Shown here: in pieces, positions 25,295 to 35,128 of the stretch
Numbering within the stretch: position 1 is the stretch's first letter
How the letters are laid out: each line of letters starts with the position of its first letter
IMG/VR virus record: IMGVR_UViG_3300023176_005537
Coordinates: 32,001-96,000 of that record
From: a virus
Reading direction: 5' to 3' (one strand)
Length of the DNA stretch: 64,000 nt
Position numbers and translations under genes: made by a program
The notes under the pieces: generated by a model
The model's input: the letters and a program-made list of their open reading frames with translations, nothing else
Database searches by the model: none
Told to the model about the DNA's origin: nothing

Positions 25295-28177
25295 ATGCAA
25301 GAAGAACTTCTTCTAGAGGGCGGCTTGGCCGGCCACATGTCCCACCTTTATGAAAATCCAAAACTTAAGTTTTCCGACATTAAAGAGATTTTCCGGAAAG
25401 CTGGTGTTGGAGAGCTAGAAGGGACTGAAAAAACAGATGGCCAGAACCTTTTTATTTCATATGATCTAGCATCTGGCGAAGCAAGAGCCGCTAGAAACAA
25501 AGGGAATATTGCTAAAGGCGGGATGAACGCTGCTGAATTAGCTCAAAAGTTTGGTGGGCGTGGTTCTTTGGAAATTGCTTTCACGGAAGCTTTCAGCGCC
25601 TTTGAGAAAGCAGTTCAAGCCCTCTCTGACGAAGAAATTTTAGACCTCTTTGGAGAAAGCGCAGATATTTTCTACAATGCTGAGATCCAAGATCCAAGAA
25701 ACCCCAACGTTATTCAATACTCTATTCCAACTTTGAATATTCATCGTGTTGGTCATGTTAAAGTTGAAAATGGAAAACCTGTTGCCACAGATGATGTATC
25801 TTCAGGCTTGGTTGCAAAATTGGAAAATGCAATTGAAAAGATCAAAGAAAAAGATGTTTTAGATAATTTTAGAATTCAAGTCAATGCTATTCGAAGATTG
25901 GAAAGCCTTGACAATGAAAACATTGCAAATGAATTCATTAATAGATTAGAAAGTTTAACTTCTGCCGCTGGCCTTTCTGATTCAAACACCGTTGGAGATT
26001 ATCTTACTTTAAAGATTGTTCCAATGATTGTTGAAGATTTTCCTTTAATTCCGGAGGAAAAGCTGACACTCCTGATGAAAAGGCTTTTCGAAGGAACTTC
26101 TGTTAAGCTCAATGATATCAAGGAAGGTCTTCCAAGGGAAGCCCAGCAGCAAGTTTCAGCAGCATCTAAAAAGCTGGGAAAATACTTTAAAAAGGCAGTC
26201 AAGCCTTTGGAAATGATCATCCACCAGTTCGCTGTTGAAATTCTTAAAAACTTTCAAAGTGCTTTTGTTTTAGATAACAAAGAAGAAGTCCAAAGACTGC
26301 AAAAAGAAGTTTCTGATGCTATCTCTGCTATCCGAAGCTCCGGCGTTGAAGAAGCTATTGGGATCTTGAACACGCAGTTGGAAAAACTTGTCGATGCAGA
26401 GGGTGTTTCCACTGCTGCTGAAGGTTTTGTTTTTGATTACGATGGAAAAACATACAAGTTCACCGGTAACTTTGCTCCTGCTAACCAACTCCTAGGGTTG
26501 TTTAAGTATGGCAGAGGAAAGATCCCAGCTTTGCAAAGCCTTTTGAAAGAAAATAAAAAGCTGGTTCTCCTTCCCGGCGGTTTCAAGCCACCTACCAAAG
26601 CTCACAAAGCAATGATTGACTACTATGCTAGTCTGCCCGATGTTGAGAAGATTTTGGTCCTGATCGGCCCCAAGGCTAGAGAAGGGTTTTCTAGAGAACA
26701 ATCAATGAAAGTTTTTGATCTTTATAATTTAGATGGGAAAGTAGAAGTGTTGGAGACTGATTACAACTCTCCCATTATGGCTGCTTATGAGTTTTTGATC
26801 AGTGATGAAAGAAGGGAAGCTTACAAAGATTTAGCTTTCACAATGGGTGCTGGCTCAAAAGACGCCGATGCAAGAAGAATCGAAGAGTTTAAAAACTATT
26901 TTGAAGTTAAAAACCCGGACAAACTTCCGGAAGGCTTTTCGGTCGATGTTATCTCGCCTTGCGAAACACAACCTTGTGTGGGTCCAGATGCTACTCCAGT
27001 CAGCGCCACAAAGCTTCGAAATGCGATTAGTTCTAGAGACAAAGAAGCTATTAAAACAATGATTCCGGATAACATTGATGTTGATCGTTTTATAGAAATC
27101 TATGACACTGAAAGACTTGAAGAAGCCTCTTCAATGGCCGCTGGAAATGTTGCTGGGCATTCTGGTCGTCCTTTTAAAAAGGACGAAGATGATGAAAAGA
27201 AAAAAGAATTGAAAAAACTCATTAACAAAGGGATAAAAACCGTGAAAGAGCAAAAAAGAATAGAAGAAGCAAAGTTTCGACAGATTGTTCAAGCTTTGGT
27301 TGTAAAGAAATACAAAACACTTATGGAACAAGAAGAAATGAAAGCAGGAGAAAGATCGACTGCTATCAACTATCTTGAAAAAGTTCTGAAAATGATCATT
27401 CCCGGGAAAGTGGGCGGTTCCCAGTTGGAACCAGAGTATAGCGCGCTTTCTACAGCGGCAGAGCGTAGGTCTTTTATCAAGCACGTTATTCAAGGTCTTT
27501 ACGACGAGATTGCACCTGAAATGTCTTTGGATGGACTTATTTCTCGATTTGAGAGAAGAAAAGAATCTTTCTTACAGAAAGATCAAAAACCCCTCATGGA
27601 GCAAGAAGATATCAAAATCACTTTGGATGCTGAAGGGTTACCAAAAACCGAAAAAGAAGTAGAAGAAGATGAACTAGCAGCATCAGACAGCTTGACAACC
27701 GGTCGGGTTACTGACCGTGGCCCGGAAGATGACTTTCCAGAACCTATCTCTGGCGAGAACTCAATTGGTCGAAAAGCAGCTTATCGGTTCATCTCTACCC
27801 AAAAAGCAACCATCGAGAATGCTTTGAAAGACCTTCAAATGACACCGGAAGAATTGGAAGTTTTCAAAAGAGAAAGTCCCGGAAAAGATGAACCTCAAGT
27901 TGAATTCTTGGACTTTTTGTTCACCAATATCGCTCTTCACTTTGATCGCCTAGAGAACAAATACTTCAACTCTGAAGTTTCAATCTCGCAAGACTTCTTT
28001 CAAGATGTCTTGAAGCAAGCGACGGGCGAAAAAGAAGCTGGTGCAGAAATTGCAACCGCTTCAGATAATATTGAGTTAACCGGACCTGAAGAAGGCGGTG
28101 AAGAGGAAATTGAACTTGATCTGGGAGAGGAGGGGCCAGAAGGCGGTGAAGAGGAAGAATTGGAGTTGGAACTTTAA
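25295..28177 (+). CDS. multidomain protein: ATP-dependent ligase-like nucleotidyltransferase, HIGH-type cytidyltransferase-like domain, acidic tail
   Basis: EKTDG (motif I), NAEI, EGFVF (IV), YKFTG (V); PGGFKPPTKAH and VSATKLR. Confidence 0.75.
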   Translation: MQEELLLEGGLAGHMSHLYENPKLKFSDIKEIFRKAGVGELEGTEKTDGQNLFISYDLASGEARAARNKGNIAKGGMNAAELAQKFGGRGSLEIAFTEAFSAFEKAVQALSDEEILDLFGESADIFYNAEIQDPRNPNVIQYSIPTLNIHRVGHVKVENGKPVATDDVSSGLVAKLENAIEKIKEKDVLDNFRIQVNAIRRLESLDNENIANEFINRLESLTSAAGLSDSNTVGDYLTLKIVPMIVEDFPLIPEEKLTLLMKRLFEGTSVKLNDIKEGLPREAQQQVSAASKKLGKYFKKAVKPLEMIIHQFAVEILKNFQSAFVLDNKEEVQRLQKEVSDAISAIRSSGVEEAIGILNTQLEKLVDAEGVSTAAEGFVFDYDGKTYKFTGNFAPANQLLGLFKYGRGKIPALQSLLKENKKLVLLPGGFKPPTKAHKAMIDYYASLPDVEKILVLIGPKAREGFSREQSMKVFDLYNLDGKVEVLETDYNSPIMAAYEFLISDERREAYKDLAFTMGAGSKDADARRIEEFKNYFEVKNPDKLPEGFSVDVISPCETQPCVGPDATPVSATKLRNAISSRDKEAIKTMIPDNIDVDRFIEIYDTERLEEASSMAAGNVAGHSGRPFKKDEDDEKKKELKKLINKGIKTVKEQKRIEEAKFRQIVQALVVKKYKTLMEQEEMKAGERSTAINYLEKVLKMIIPGKVGGSQLEPEYSALSTAAERRSFIKHVIQGLYDEIAPEMSLDGLISRFERRKESFLQKDQKPLMEQEDIKITLDAEGLPKTEKEVEEDELAASDSLTTGRVTDRGPEDDFPEPISGENSIGRKAAYRFISTQKATIENALKDLQMTPEELEVFKRESPGKDEPQVEFLDFLFTNIALHFDRLENKYFNSEVSISQDFFQDVLKQATGEKEAGAEIATASDNIELTGPEEGGEEEIELDLGEEGPEGGEEEELELEL

Positions 28178-28833
28178 TTCAACAAAGAATGGATCTTATC
28201 ACAAACCTCTGGACATTTCCTGCAAACTTCTTCCCTATCATAACAAAAATAATCAGTGAAAACAACCGCATAATACTCCCTCAAGGAAGCCGTTGAATAA
28301 GGGGAGGGAAAGCCTCCCAAGTGACCCCTCAATTTAGAATATCCAACCTCTTCGTGGAAAAACACATCCAAGTTTGGATTGAAATCCACCTTCAAGAAAG
28401 CTTTCTTGTCACAGTCGTAGCCAGCGCTTGTCAAATTGTTGTAAAGATTGTATCTTTTGTTGATAAAGTGATCTCGGATCTCTCCATCGCCATAGATATG
28501 ATCTTGAAACTTCACTTCAGTGAAGTGAGCCAGTTCATGAACAATATCATCCAACATATCTTTAAAGTCATCTTGCTCGTTTGTAATGTAGATTGTGTTG
28601 TCTTTGAACACTGCGTTTCTGTTCAACTCATCAAATTCTTTTAGATGAGCCATATAAAAACCATCCAAACCATCAACCAGTCGCGCAGGGATCATGTCTT
28701 CTACCCTTTGAATGACTTCTTCAGGGTTCACCTTTGAATAGTCAGGTTCGTGAACAATAACGAAAGGAACTCCGTGGATAGAATATTCTTTCATTCTTTT
28801 GTTTGAATAGTTATTTGTTTTGTGTCGTTCCAT
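28174..28833 (-). CDS. zincin metallopeptidase-like protein
   Basis: IVHELAH...SLREYYA; start is 28833 or 28794 rather than 28983. Confidence 0.72.
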   Translation of the reverse strand: MERHKTNNYSNKRMKEYSIHGVPFVIVHEPDYSKVNPEEVIQRVEDMIPARLVDGLDGFYMAHLKEFDELNRNAVFKDNTIYITNEQDDFKDMLDDIVHELAHFTEVKFQDHIYGDGEIRDHFINKRYNLYNNLTSAGYDCDKKAFLKVDFNPNLDVFFHEEVGYSKLRGHLGGFPSPYSTASLREYYAVVFTDYFCYDREEVCRKCPEVCDKIHSLLN

Positions 28834-29059
28834 TAAAAGTTGCCTCACGCTCATTTTCAATAAATTCCTTTGCAAAGTCAAAATCTTGTGCTGCTTGTTC
28901 ATATCCTCGAAAAAAGTTCTCTTCCGCAATAGCAATAACAAATTCAGGAAACTCATCAGCAACAACTTCAACAATGTTTTCAACTGTTACTTCTTCTGTT
29001 TCCTTATCGAGGAGGAGCTTCTCTCCAGCATAATCAATCAAATATTGTTTTAAATCCAT
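28811..29059 (-). CDS. conserved-looking hypothetical phage protein
   Basis: GAGGTG RBS; EFPEFVIAIAEENFFRGYEQA. Confidence 0.75.
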   Translation of the reverse strand: MDLKQYLIDYAGEKLLLDKETEEVTVENIVEVVADEFPEFVIAIAEENFFRGYEQAAQDFDFAKEFIENEREATFNGTTQNK

Positions 29060-29100
29060 TTTACACCTCGTTTTCTTTTTTACATTATAACACAGTTTGA

Positions 29101-29625
29101 TTACAATTTAAAGTGTTTTATGCAATTTTTTATTCCAAAGTGAATTGGGGCATTTACGCTTCTTTTTCTGCTTCCGGGAAATTTAAACTTGGAAGACTTA
29201 AGTTTGCAATCTTTTTTAATGCACATTTTGATCTCGTCCAGATCTACCCAGCACCAAGCATCGTGCTCGGAGTTCAGCCTAGGCTCAAACTCATCAACAA
29301 CTTCAACCAAGAAAGTGGTATATTTAAAGTCGTCCCTTTCATTGACAAACTTGTCCATATAATCACGACCAGAAAGATCTTTTCCAATTTCCTCTAGGGT
29401 TTCTCTTTGTGCTGTTTTCTCTGGTTTTTCGCCTACTTTGGCGTGTCCGCCGGGAGAAGCAAGATGGCCTGTTTCAGAACCATCTGCCCTTCTTAGGAGC
29501 AAGACGCTATCTTTTTGAGGGCAGTAAATAAAAAAGCCAGCGCCTTCATCTTGAGAATCTTCGTTTCTCAGACTTTCTCTAATAAACTTGCCCCAACCAA
29601 ATTGGATATACTCTTCTTTTGACAT
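29101..29625 (-). CDS. Nudix hydrolase
   Basis: Nudix box GGHAKVGEKPEKTAQRETLEEIG; LNSEH..W.W. Confidence 0.9.
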   Translation of the reverse strand: MSKEEYIQFGWGKFIRESLRNEDSQDEGAGFFIYCPQKDSVLLLRRADGSETGHLASPGGHAKVGEKPEKTAQRETLEEIGKDLSGRDYMDKFVNERDDFKYTTFLVEVVDEFEPRLNSEHDAWCWVDLDEIKMCIKKDCKLKSSKFKFPGSRKRSVNAPIHFGIKNCIKHFKL

Positions 29626-30936
29626 TTACAAAATCCTCGCTGCTAAACTGGCGACTTTCGATCTTTCGCCTTTTTGTAGGGTGATATGACCAGCTAATTC
29701 AGTTTCTTTGAAACTTTCAACTGCATATGTCAGCCCGTTGGTTGTTTCATCAATGTAAGCATTGTCAATCTGCTCAATATCTCCTGTTAGAACAATCTTT
29801 GTGTTCTCACCCACACGAGTGATGATCGTTTTCAACTCATGTCTAGACAAGTTTTGAGCTTCATCAATAATAATATAAGCATCAGAAATAGAACGACCCC
29901 TTATGTAAGTGAGAGCCTCTACTTCAATCAAGCCGTTTGAAAGGTATTCTTCCATTAGAATCTTATCATTGCCCATAAGATACTGCAAGTTGTCTCTGAT
30001 CGGAGCTAACCATGGTCTCATTTTCTCTTCCATTGAGCCCGGAAGAAAGCCAATGTCCTTTCCAAGAGGCTGAACGGGTCTGGAAACAACAAGGGTTTTG
30101 TACCTTTCTGTGTTTAAGACCTGCTCCATCCCAGCAGAAATAGCAGCAAGCGTCTTACCAGACCCTGCTTTCCCAATCAAAGTAACCACAGGAACGTCAG
30201 GGTTCATTAGAAGGTCAATAGAGAACCTCTGCTCCTTATTACGGGGCTTGATTAACCATTCGTGACCCTTGCTATCAAAAATGTGTTTAAGGGGCATAGA
30301 ATGGCTTAAAAAGCGCGCTAACGCAGTCTTCTTTTCATTTGAAGAGGAAACCAGCATCACAAACTGGTTTGGATGGAGATTGTGCTCTTCTTTTTCAACA
30401 AAGACATCTTTCTTTGCATAAAACTGATCCACAATCTCTTCATCTACAAGGATTTGCTTTAGGCCGGTGTAAAGCTCGGAAGAGTCTTTTACAACCTTGG
30501 AGGCAACGTATTCTTCACATTCAATACCAATAGCGTCACATTTAACTCGCATATTGATATCACGAGAAACAACAACAACTTTCTTTTTGGGATTTTCTCT
30601 TTTTTCGGTGAGAGCTACGCAGATAATCTGATTGTCGGGGTGTTTAGGGTCAAAGCCTTCTGGAAGATACTCGATATTATACCCTTTGGTATAAATTAAG
30701 CCTTTTCCTTTTTCAATTCGAACACCTTTTTGAAGTGAACCTTTTGTTCTTAACTCATCTAAAATTCTGATAATCTGTCTTGCCTGTGCTCCAACTCCGT
30801 CTTGTCTTGTTTTGTGTTTATCGATTTCCTCTAGAACCTTCAGGGGGATGATAATGTCGTTCTTTTTGAATTCTTTGATTGAGTTTGCGTCTGTGAGATA
30901 AACTGAAGTATCTAGGATGTAAGTTTTCTTTCTCAT
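29626..30936 (-). CDS. phoH: PIN-PhoH (PhoH2-type) protein
   Basis: PIN LDTSV..EEID..DNQI..SRDINMR; GKAGSGKT, RGRS, IIDEAQN, GDIEQID. Confidence 0.93.
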   Translation of the reverse strand: MRKKTYILDTSVYLTDANSIKEFKKNDIIIPLKVLEEIDKHKTRQDGVGAQARQIIRILDELRTKGSLQKGVRIEKGKGLIYTKGYNIEYLPEGFDPKHPDNQIICVALTEKRENPKKKVVVVSRDINMRVKCDAIGIECEEYVASKVVKDSSELYTGLKQILVDEEIVDQFYAKKDVFVEKEEHNLHPNQFVMLVSSSNEKKTALARFLSHSMPLKHIFDSKGHEWLIKPRNKEQRFSIDLLMNPDVPVVTLIGKAGSGKTLAAISAGMEQVLNTERYKTLVVSRPVQPLGKDIGFLPGSMEEKMRPWLAPIRDNLQYLMGNDKILMEEYLSNGLIEVEALTYIRGRSISDAYIIIDEAQNLSRHELKTIITRVGENTKIVLTGDIEQIDNAYIDETTNGLTYAVESFKETELAGHITLQKGERSKVASLAARIL

Positions 30937-31049
30937 AATGCTTTCCTTGCAGTGGTTTAGAGTTAAAACTCTATGATTAAATAGTTTTGATACTTTAAAC
31001 AAATTAGAAAACTAGTTAAAATTGTAACCCTAATTTGCGAGGAAAAGCA

Positions 31050-31829
31050 ATGAGGAAACGTTTAATTTACTTTTATCTTTTTTTTATCCCTCTCTGCTTC
31101 CATTTTGCTGGATGTTCCCACCTCACTTATTTCCGCTCGTTCGCAAAGAAAAACCCATTCAAACAAAGAGCCTTTTTCAAATTTGTTCGAGTAGCAACAA
31201 TTCAAATCTGTAAGCCAGAAAGATTTCACATTGCTTGCAGGTCTAGACAAGTAAGATATGAAGGTTCAGCTTTCCATGTCCACAAAGAAGGTAAGTGGAG
31301 TTATGCTTTGACTGCTGCTCACAACATATACCTTGATCCGGTACATCCAATGCACAGAAGAATGTTAAGTGCAATGAAATACAAGATCTCTGTGTCTAAT
31401 GACCATTCCTACTTGATCGATTGGCACAAAAGAAAACACAAGATCGTTGGCTTCAAAATGGTGAAAAAAGCTGATCTGGGCATTGTAAGAGTCAAGTTGG
31501 TCGAAGACCTGCCTACTTACAGGATCGCCACGGAAATGCCCCAAAAAGGCGAGAAAGTTTATAATACAGCCTCACCCCTAGGTTTCTTTTCAGGAAACGT
31601 TCTAGGGCTATATGAAGGGCGTTATCTGGGTAAAAAGATTGTGCCTATCAAAGGATATAAATCTTTAATGGCTGTTTACACGATTCCTGTGATTGGTGGT
31701 TCATCTGGTTCTCCGATCCTGAATAAATGCGGAGAGGTGATCGGCATTGTTTCTTCTGTTCATAGAAGGTTCCATCATATCAGCTTTGGTGTGCCTCTTT
31801 CAGCCATTCGCTCTGCAATGTATAAATAA
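31050..31829 (+). CDS. trypsin-like serine protease with lipoprotein signal
   Basis: LTAAH, ADLG, GGSSGSP triad; FAGC lipobox. Confidence 0.82.
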   Translation: MRKRLIYFYLFFIPLCFHFAGCSHLTYFRSFAKKNPFKQRAFFKFVRVATIQICKPERFHIACRSRQVRYEGSAFHVHKEGKWSYALTAAHNIYLDPVHPMHRRMLSAMKYKISVSNDHSYLIDWHKRKHKIVGFKMVKKADLGIVRVKLVEDLPTYRIATEMPQKGEKVYNTASPLGFFSGNVLGLYEGRYLGKKIVPIKGYKSLMAVYTIPVIGGSSGSPILNKCGEVIGIVSSVHRRFHHISFGVPLSAIRSAMYK

Positions 31830-32189
31830 TCACTTATTCTTCTGTCTTAAATCAAATCTAGTTAAAAGCTCTCCGAATCTTTCTGTTGTTACACCTAGGA
31901 AAGACGCTGCCCCTCTTATATCTACAGCGGCTGAAATAGCCGTTTTTACTATTGCTTCTTTAATTATTTTGTCTATGTTGTAAAAGATCCTCAAACCATA
32001 TAGCTTTCCTCCTGCTGCTATGGTAGCTGATTCCAGCTTTATTGCTATAAGATCTTCTAATGTTATTTGATCTATCTTAGAAAGAAAATTATTATCTATT
32101 TTTCCTTGACTTTTTAATTCATTTATGATAGAATAAGACTTATAAGGTCTTTTTGTTTTAAGTTTTTCAAATTCATCCCAATAATTCAT
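31830..32189 (-). CDS. hypothetical protein with C-terminal Fis-like HTH
   Basis: IRGAASFLGV helix-turn-helix-like end; own TTGAAA-N17-TATACT promoter at about 32223-32251. Confidence 0.6.
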   Translation of the reverse strand: MNYWDEFEKLKTKRPYKSYSIINELKSQGKIDNNFLSKIDQITLEDLIAIKLESATIAAGGKLYGLRIFYNIDKIIKEAIVKTAISAAVDIRGAASFLGVTTERFGELLTRFDLRQKNK

Positions 32190-32381
32190 ACTAATATTTC
32201 CTTTTTCTTTTTAAGCTTTAAACAGTATAACATAAAGATCTTATTATTTCAATAAAAAAATAAATTAAATTATTTTTCAAATTAGGTTAAAAAATATAAA
32301 AATGTATGTTATAATCTTTTTTAAGAATTTTAAAGATATTCTTTTTAAGCTATAAATTAATATTTCAAATAAGGTTTTAAT

Positions 32382-33662
32382 ATGAAGAAAACAAAGATCT
32401 TAACCATTTCTGATCATCCTTATTCTCCTTCTGGAGTAGGAACTCAAACAAAATATGTTATTGAAGCTCTTCTTAAGACTGGAAGATATGAGATCCGAGC
32501 TTTAGCAGGTGCTATTAAGCACGAGAACTATACTCCTCAAAAAACAGAAGAGTGGGGAGACGATCTTATTATTTATCCTGTTGATGGATATGGAGATCAA
32601 GATTCAATCAGGTCTATTATCAGAAATGAAAAACCAGATCTTCTTTGGTTTATGACAGATCCCAGATTTTATGGTTGGCTGTGGGAAATTGAAAACGAAA
32701 TCAGACCACTTATGCCGATGGTTTACTACCACGTCTGGGACAACTACCCTTATCCAAAATACAACAAAAAGTATTATGATTCAAATGATGTTATTGCTAC
32801 GATTTCAAAGGTCACAGACGACATTGTAAGAACTCTTTCTGATGTGGAGTGTCATTACATCCCCCATGCTGTAGACTCTACGGCTTTCAAAAAGCTTCCA
32901 GAGGCAGAGATCAAAGAACACAGAAAGAAAATCTTCAAAGACAACCTTCTTGATAAAGAAGGAAATGAAAAGATGGTCTTTTTCTGGAATAACAGAAATG
33001 CAAGAAGAAAGCAATCTGGATACCTTCTTTGGTGTTTCAAAGAATTTTTGAATGAAGTGGGTCATGACAAAGCAATCTTGATGATGCACACTGAACCAAA
33101 AGACCCGCACGGTCAAGATCTTGAAGCGATTATTCACGAATTGGGTCTTGTCAATGGAGAGGTGATCTTTTCAACAACAAAGTTGGATATTCCAACTCTT
33201 GGAAAGGTATACAATGCCGTTGACTGCACCGTGAACATTTCAGATGCAGAAGGGTTTGGATTGGCTACTTTGGAATCTCTTTCTTGTGGGACACCAATCA
33301 TCGTGAATATGACTGGAGGACTTCAAGAGCAGGTAACAAATGGCACAGATTGGTTTGGAATGGGTTTGTTCCCTTGTTCAAAGTCTGTTATTGGCTCACA
33401 ACCAGTACCTTACATCTATGAAGACCGCCTAAATCAAGAAGATGTTGTTAATGCTTTGCGTGATATGTATGAGCTTTGGAAAAACAAAGATCCTGAATTT
33501 GAAGCAATGTCCCAAATGGGAATGGAGCATGTTCAAGAAAACTACAATTATGAAAAGTTTTGTGAAACGTGGGTTGATCTGATCGATAAAACAGTGGAAA
33601 AGCACGGTTCTTGGGAAAATAGAAAAAATCATAAAACTTGGGTTTTGAAAGAGGTTGTTTGA
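32382..33662 (+). CDS. GT-B (family 4-like) glycosyltransferase
   Basis: PSGVG, NRNARRK, EGFGLATLESLSCGTP. Confidence 0.9.
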   Translation: MKKTKILTISDHPYSPSGVGTQTKYVIEALLKTGRYEIRALAGAIKHENYTPQKTEEWGDDLIIYPVDGYGDQDSIRSIIRNEKPDLLWFMTDPRFYGWLWEIENEIRPLMPMVYYHVWDNYPYPKYNKKYYDSNDVIATISKVTDDIVRTLSDVECHYIPHAVDSTAFKKLPEAEIKEHRKKIFKDNLLDKEGNEKMVFFWNNRNARRKQSGYLLWCFKEFLNEVGHDKAILMMHTEPKDPHGQDLEAIIHELGLVNGEVIFSTTKLDIPTLGKVYNAVDCTVNISDAEGFGLATLESLSCGTPIIVNMTGGLQEQVTNGTDWFGMGLFPCSKSVIGSQPVPYIYEDRLNQEDVVNALRDMYELWKNKDPEFEAMSQMGMEHVQENYNYEKFCETWVDLIDKTVEKHGSWENRKNHKTWVLKEVV

Positions 33663-33663
33663 A

Positions 33664-33846
33664 ATGACTAGCGGGAGTTATGAATTGTGGCAAGTTTCTT
33701 CCTTGGGTAATGAAGTGTTTCCTATCAAGTTGATTAAAAAAGGAACTTATAGCGAAGTTGTTGAAAAATGGAATGAATTTTCAAAAAATTCTAAAACTCC
33801 ATGCAATGTTTACTATAAAGGTCAAGTTTTAGTTATTAAAAAATAG
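33664..33846 (+). CDS. small hypothetical protein inserted between glycosyltransferases
   Basis: 60-aa ORF filling the gap, GAGG upstream. Confidence 0.5.
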   Translation: MTSGSYELWQVSSLGNEVFPIKLIKKGTYSEVVEKWNEFSKNSKTPCNVYYKGQVLVIKK

Positions 33847-33856
33847 AGGTTATTTA

Positions 33857-35128
33857 ATGAAAAAGAAGGTTTTGATTAAAGCTCCAATGTTGAGTCGCTC
33901 TGGATATGGAGAACACGCTCGTTTTGTTCTCCGTGCTTTGCGGAGTAGAGAAGAGCTTTTCGACATTTATATCTTGAATATTCGCTGGGGCGAAACCGGC
34001 TGGATCTGGGAAGACAATGAAGAAAGGCAGTTTATTGATGAAGCAATCAAAAAAACTGTTTTGACACTTGAAGGTGCTAAAAAAGCAGGGCAACAAGTTC
34101 ATTTTGATGTTTCGCTTCAAGTTACCATCCCGCAAGAATGGGAGAAGCTAGCTGCCGTTAACATTGGCTGTACAGCCGGAACAGAAACAACTAAAATGTC
34201 CCCGCAATGGGTTGAAAAAAGCAACCTGATGGACAAGATTCTGGTTGTTTCAGAACATACAAAATATGCTTTTGATAACACAGTTTATAAATTTCAGCAT
34301 CCACAAACTGGACAAGAGATCGTTTTTAGAAATGAAACTCCTGTGGAAGTGACGCATTATCCAGTTCGTAAAGTTGCTCCTTGTCCAGAGTTTTTGGAAC
34401 TTGATTTCAAGCATGATTTCAACTTTCTTTGCAATGCTCAATGGTCCCCAAGAAAGAACTTGGAAAACACTGTTCGTTGGTGGCTTGAAGAATTTCAGGA
34501 CAAACCTTATGGCCTAATTCTAAAAGGAAACTTTGCCAAGAACTGTGTGATGGATCGAGAAAAGTTTGAGCAAAGAATCAATCACATTCTTAAAGACTTT
34601 GAAGACCGAGAATGTTCTGTTTATTACCTACACGGAGACATGACAGAAGAGGAACTCTCAGCCCTTTATCAGCATCAAAAAGTTAAATGCTTTATCAATT
34701 TGGCTCATGGTGAAGGGTTCGGCCTTCCTGTTTTTGAAGCGGCTTACTATGGACTTCCAGTAATTGCCCCTGATTGGGGCGGCGTGGTTGATTTTCTTTA
34801 TGCCCCAGATGATAAGGGAAAGAAAAAAGCTCATTTCTTGAAGGTCGATTATGATCTCAAACCAGTCCAAGAAGAGGCTGTCTGGGAGCCAGTTTTGATT
34901 AGGGACTCTCTTTGGGCTTTCCCAAAAAGGTTTTCTTATGTTTCACGACTGCGAGATGTCGTGAAAATGTATGGCATTTATCACGCCAAAGCGAAGAGAT
35001 TAAGAAAGTGGCTTTTGAAAGAGTTTGAAGCAGATAGCAAATATCAAAAAGTTTTGGAAAGCGTGAAGGAGAAAGATTTTGATGTTGATTCGTGGCTAGC
35101 CTCTTTGGGAGAAGAGGTTTATGATTAA
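33857..35128 (+). CDS. GT-B (family 4-like) glycosyltransferase
   Basis: RSGYG, RKN, HGEGFGLPVFEAA. Confidence 0.9.
   Translation: MKKKVLIKAPMLSRSGYGEHARFVLRALRSREELFDIYILNIRWGETGWIWEDNEERQFIDEAIKKTVLTLEGAKKAGQQVHFDVSLQVTIPQEWEKLAAVNIGCTAGTETTKMSPQWVEKSNLMDKILVVSEHTKYAFDNTVYKFQHPQTGQEIVFRNETPVEVTHYPVRKVAPCPEFLELDFKHDFNFLCNAQWSPRKNLENTVRWWLEEFQDKPYGLILKGNFAKNCVMDREKFEQRINHILKDFEDRECSVYYLHGDMTEEELSALYQHQKVKCFINLAHGEGFGLPVFEAAYYGLPVIAPDWGGVVDFLYAPDDKGKKKAHFLKVDYDLKPVQEEAVWEPVLIRDSLWAFPKRFSYVSRLRDVVKMYGIYHAKAKRLRKWLLKEFEADSKYQKVLESVKEKDFDVDSWLASLGEEVYD

Noticed and set aside
32190-32381. Very AT-rich gap as a replication origin
   Set aside because: Explained by divergent sigma70-like promoters; no iterons or DnaA boxes seen
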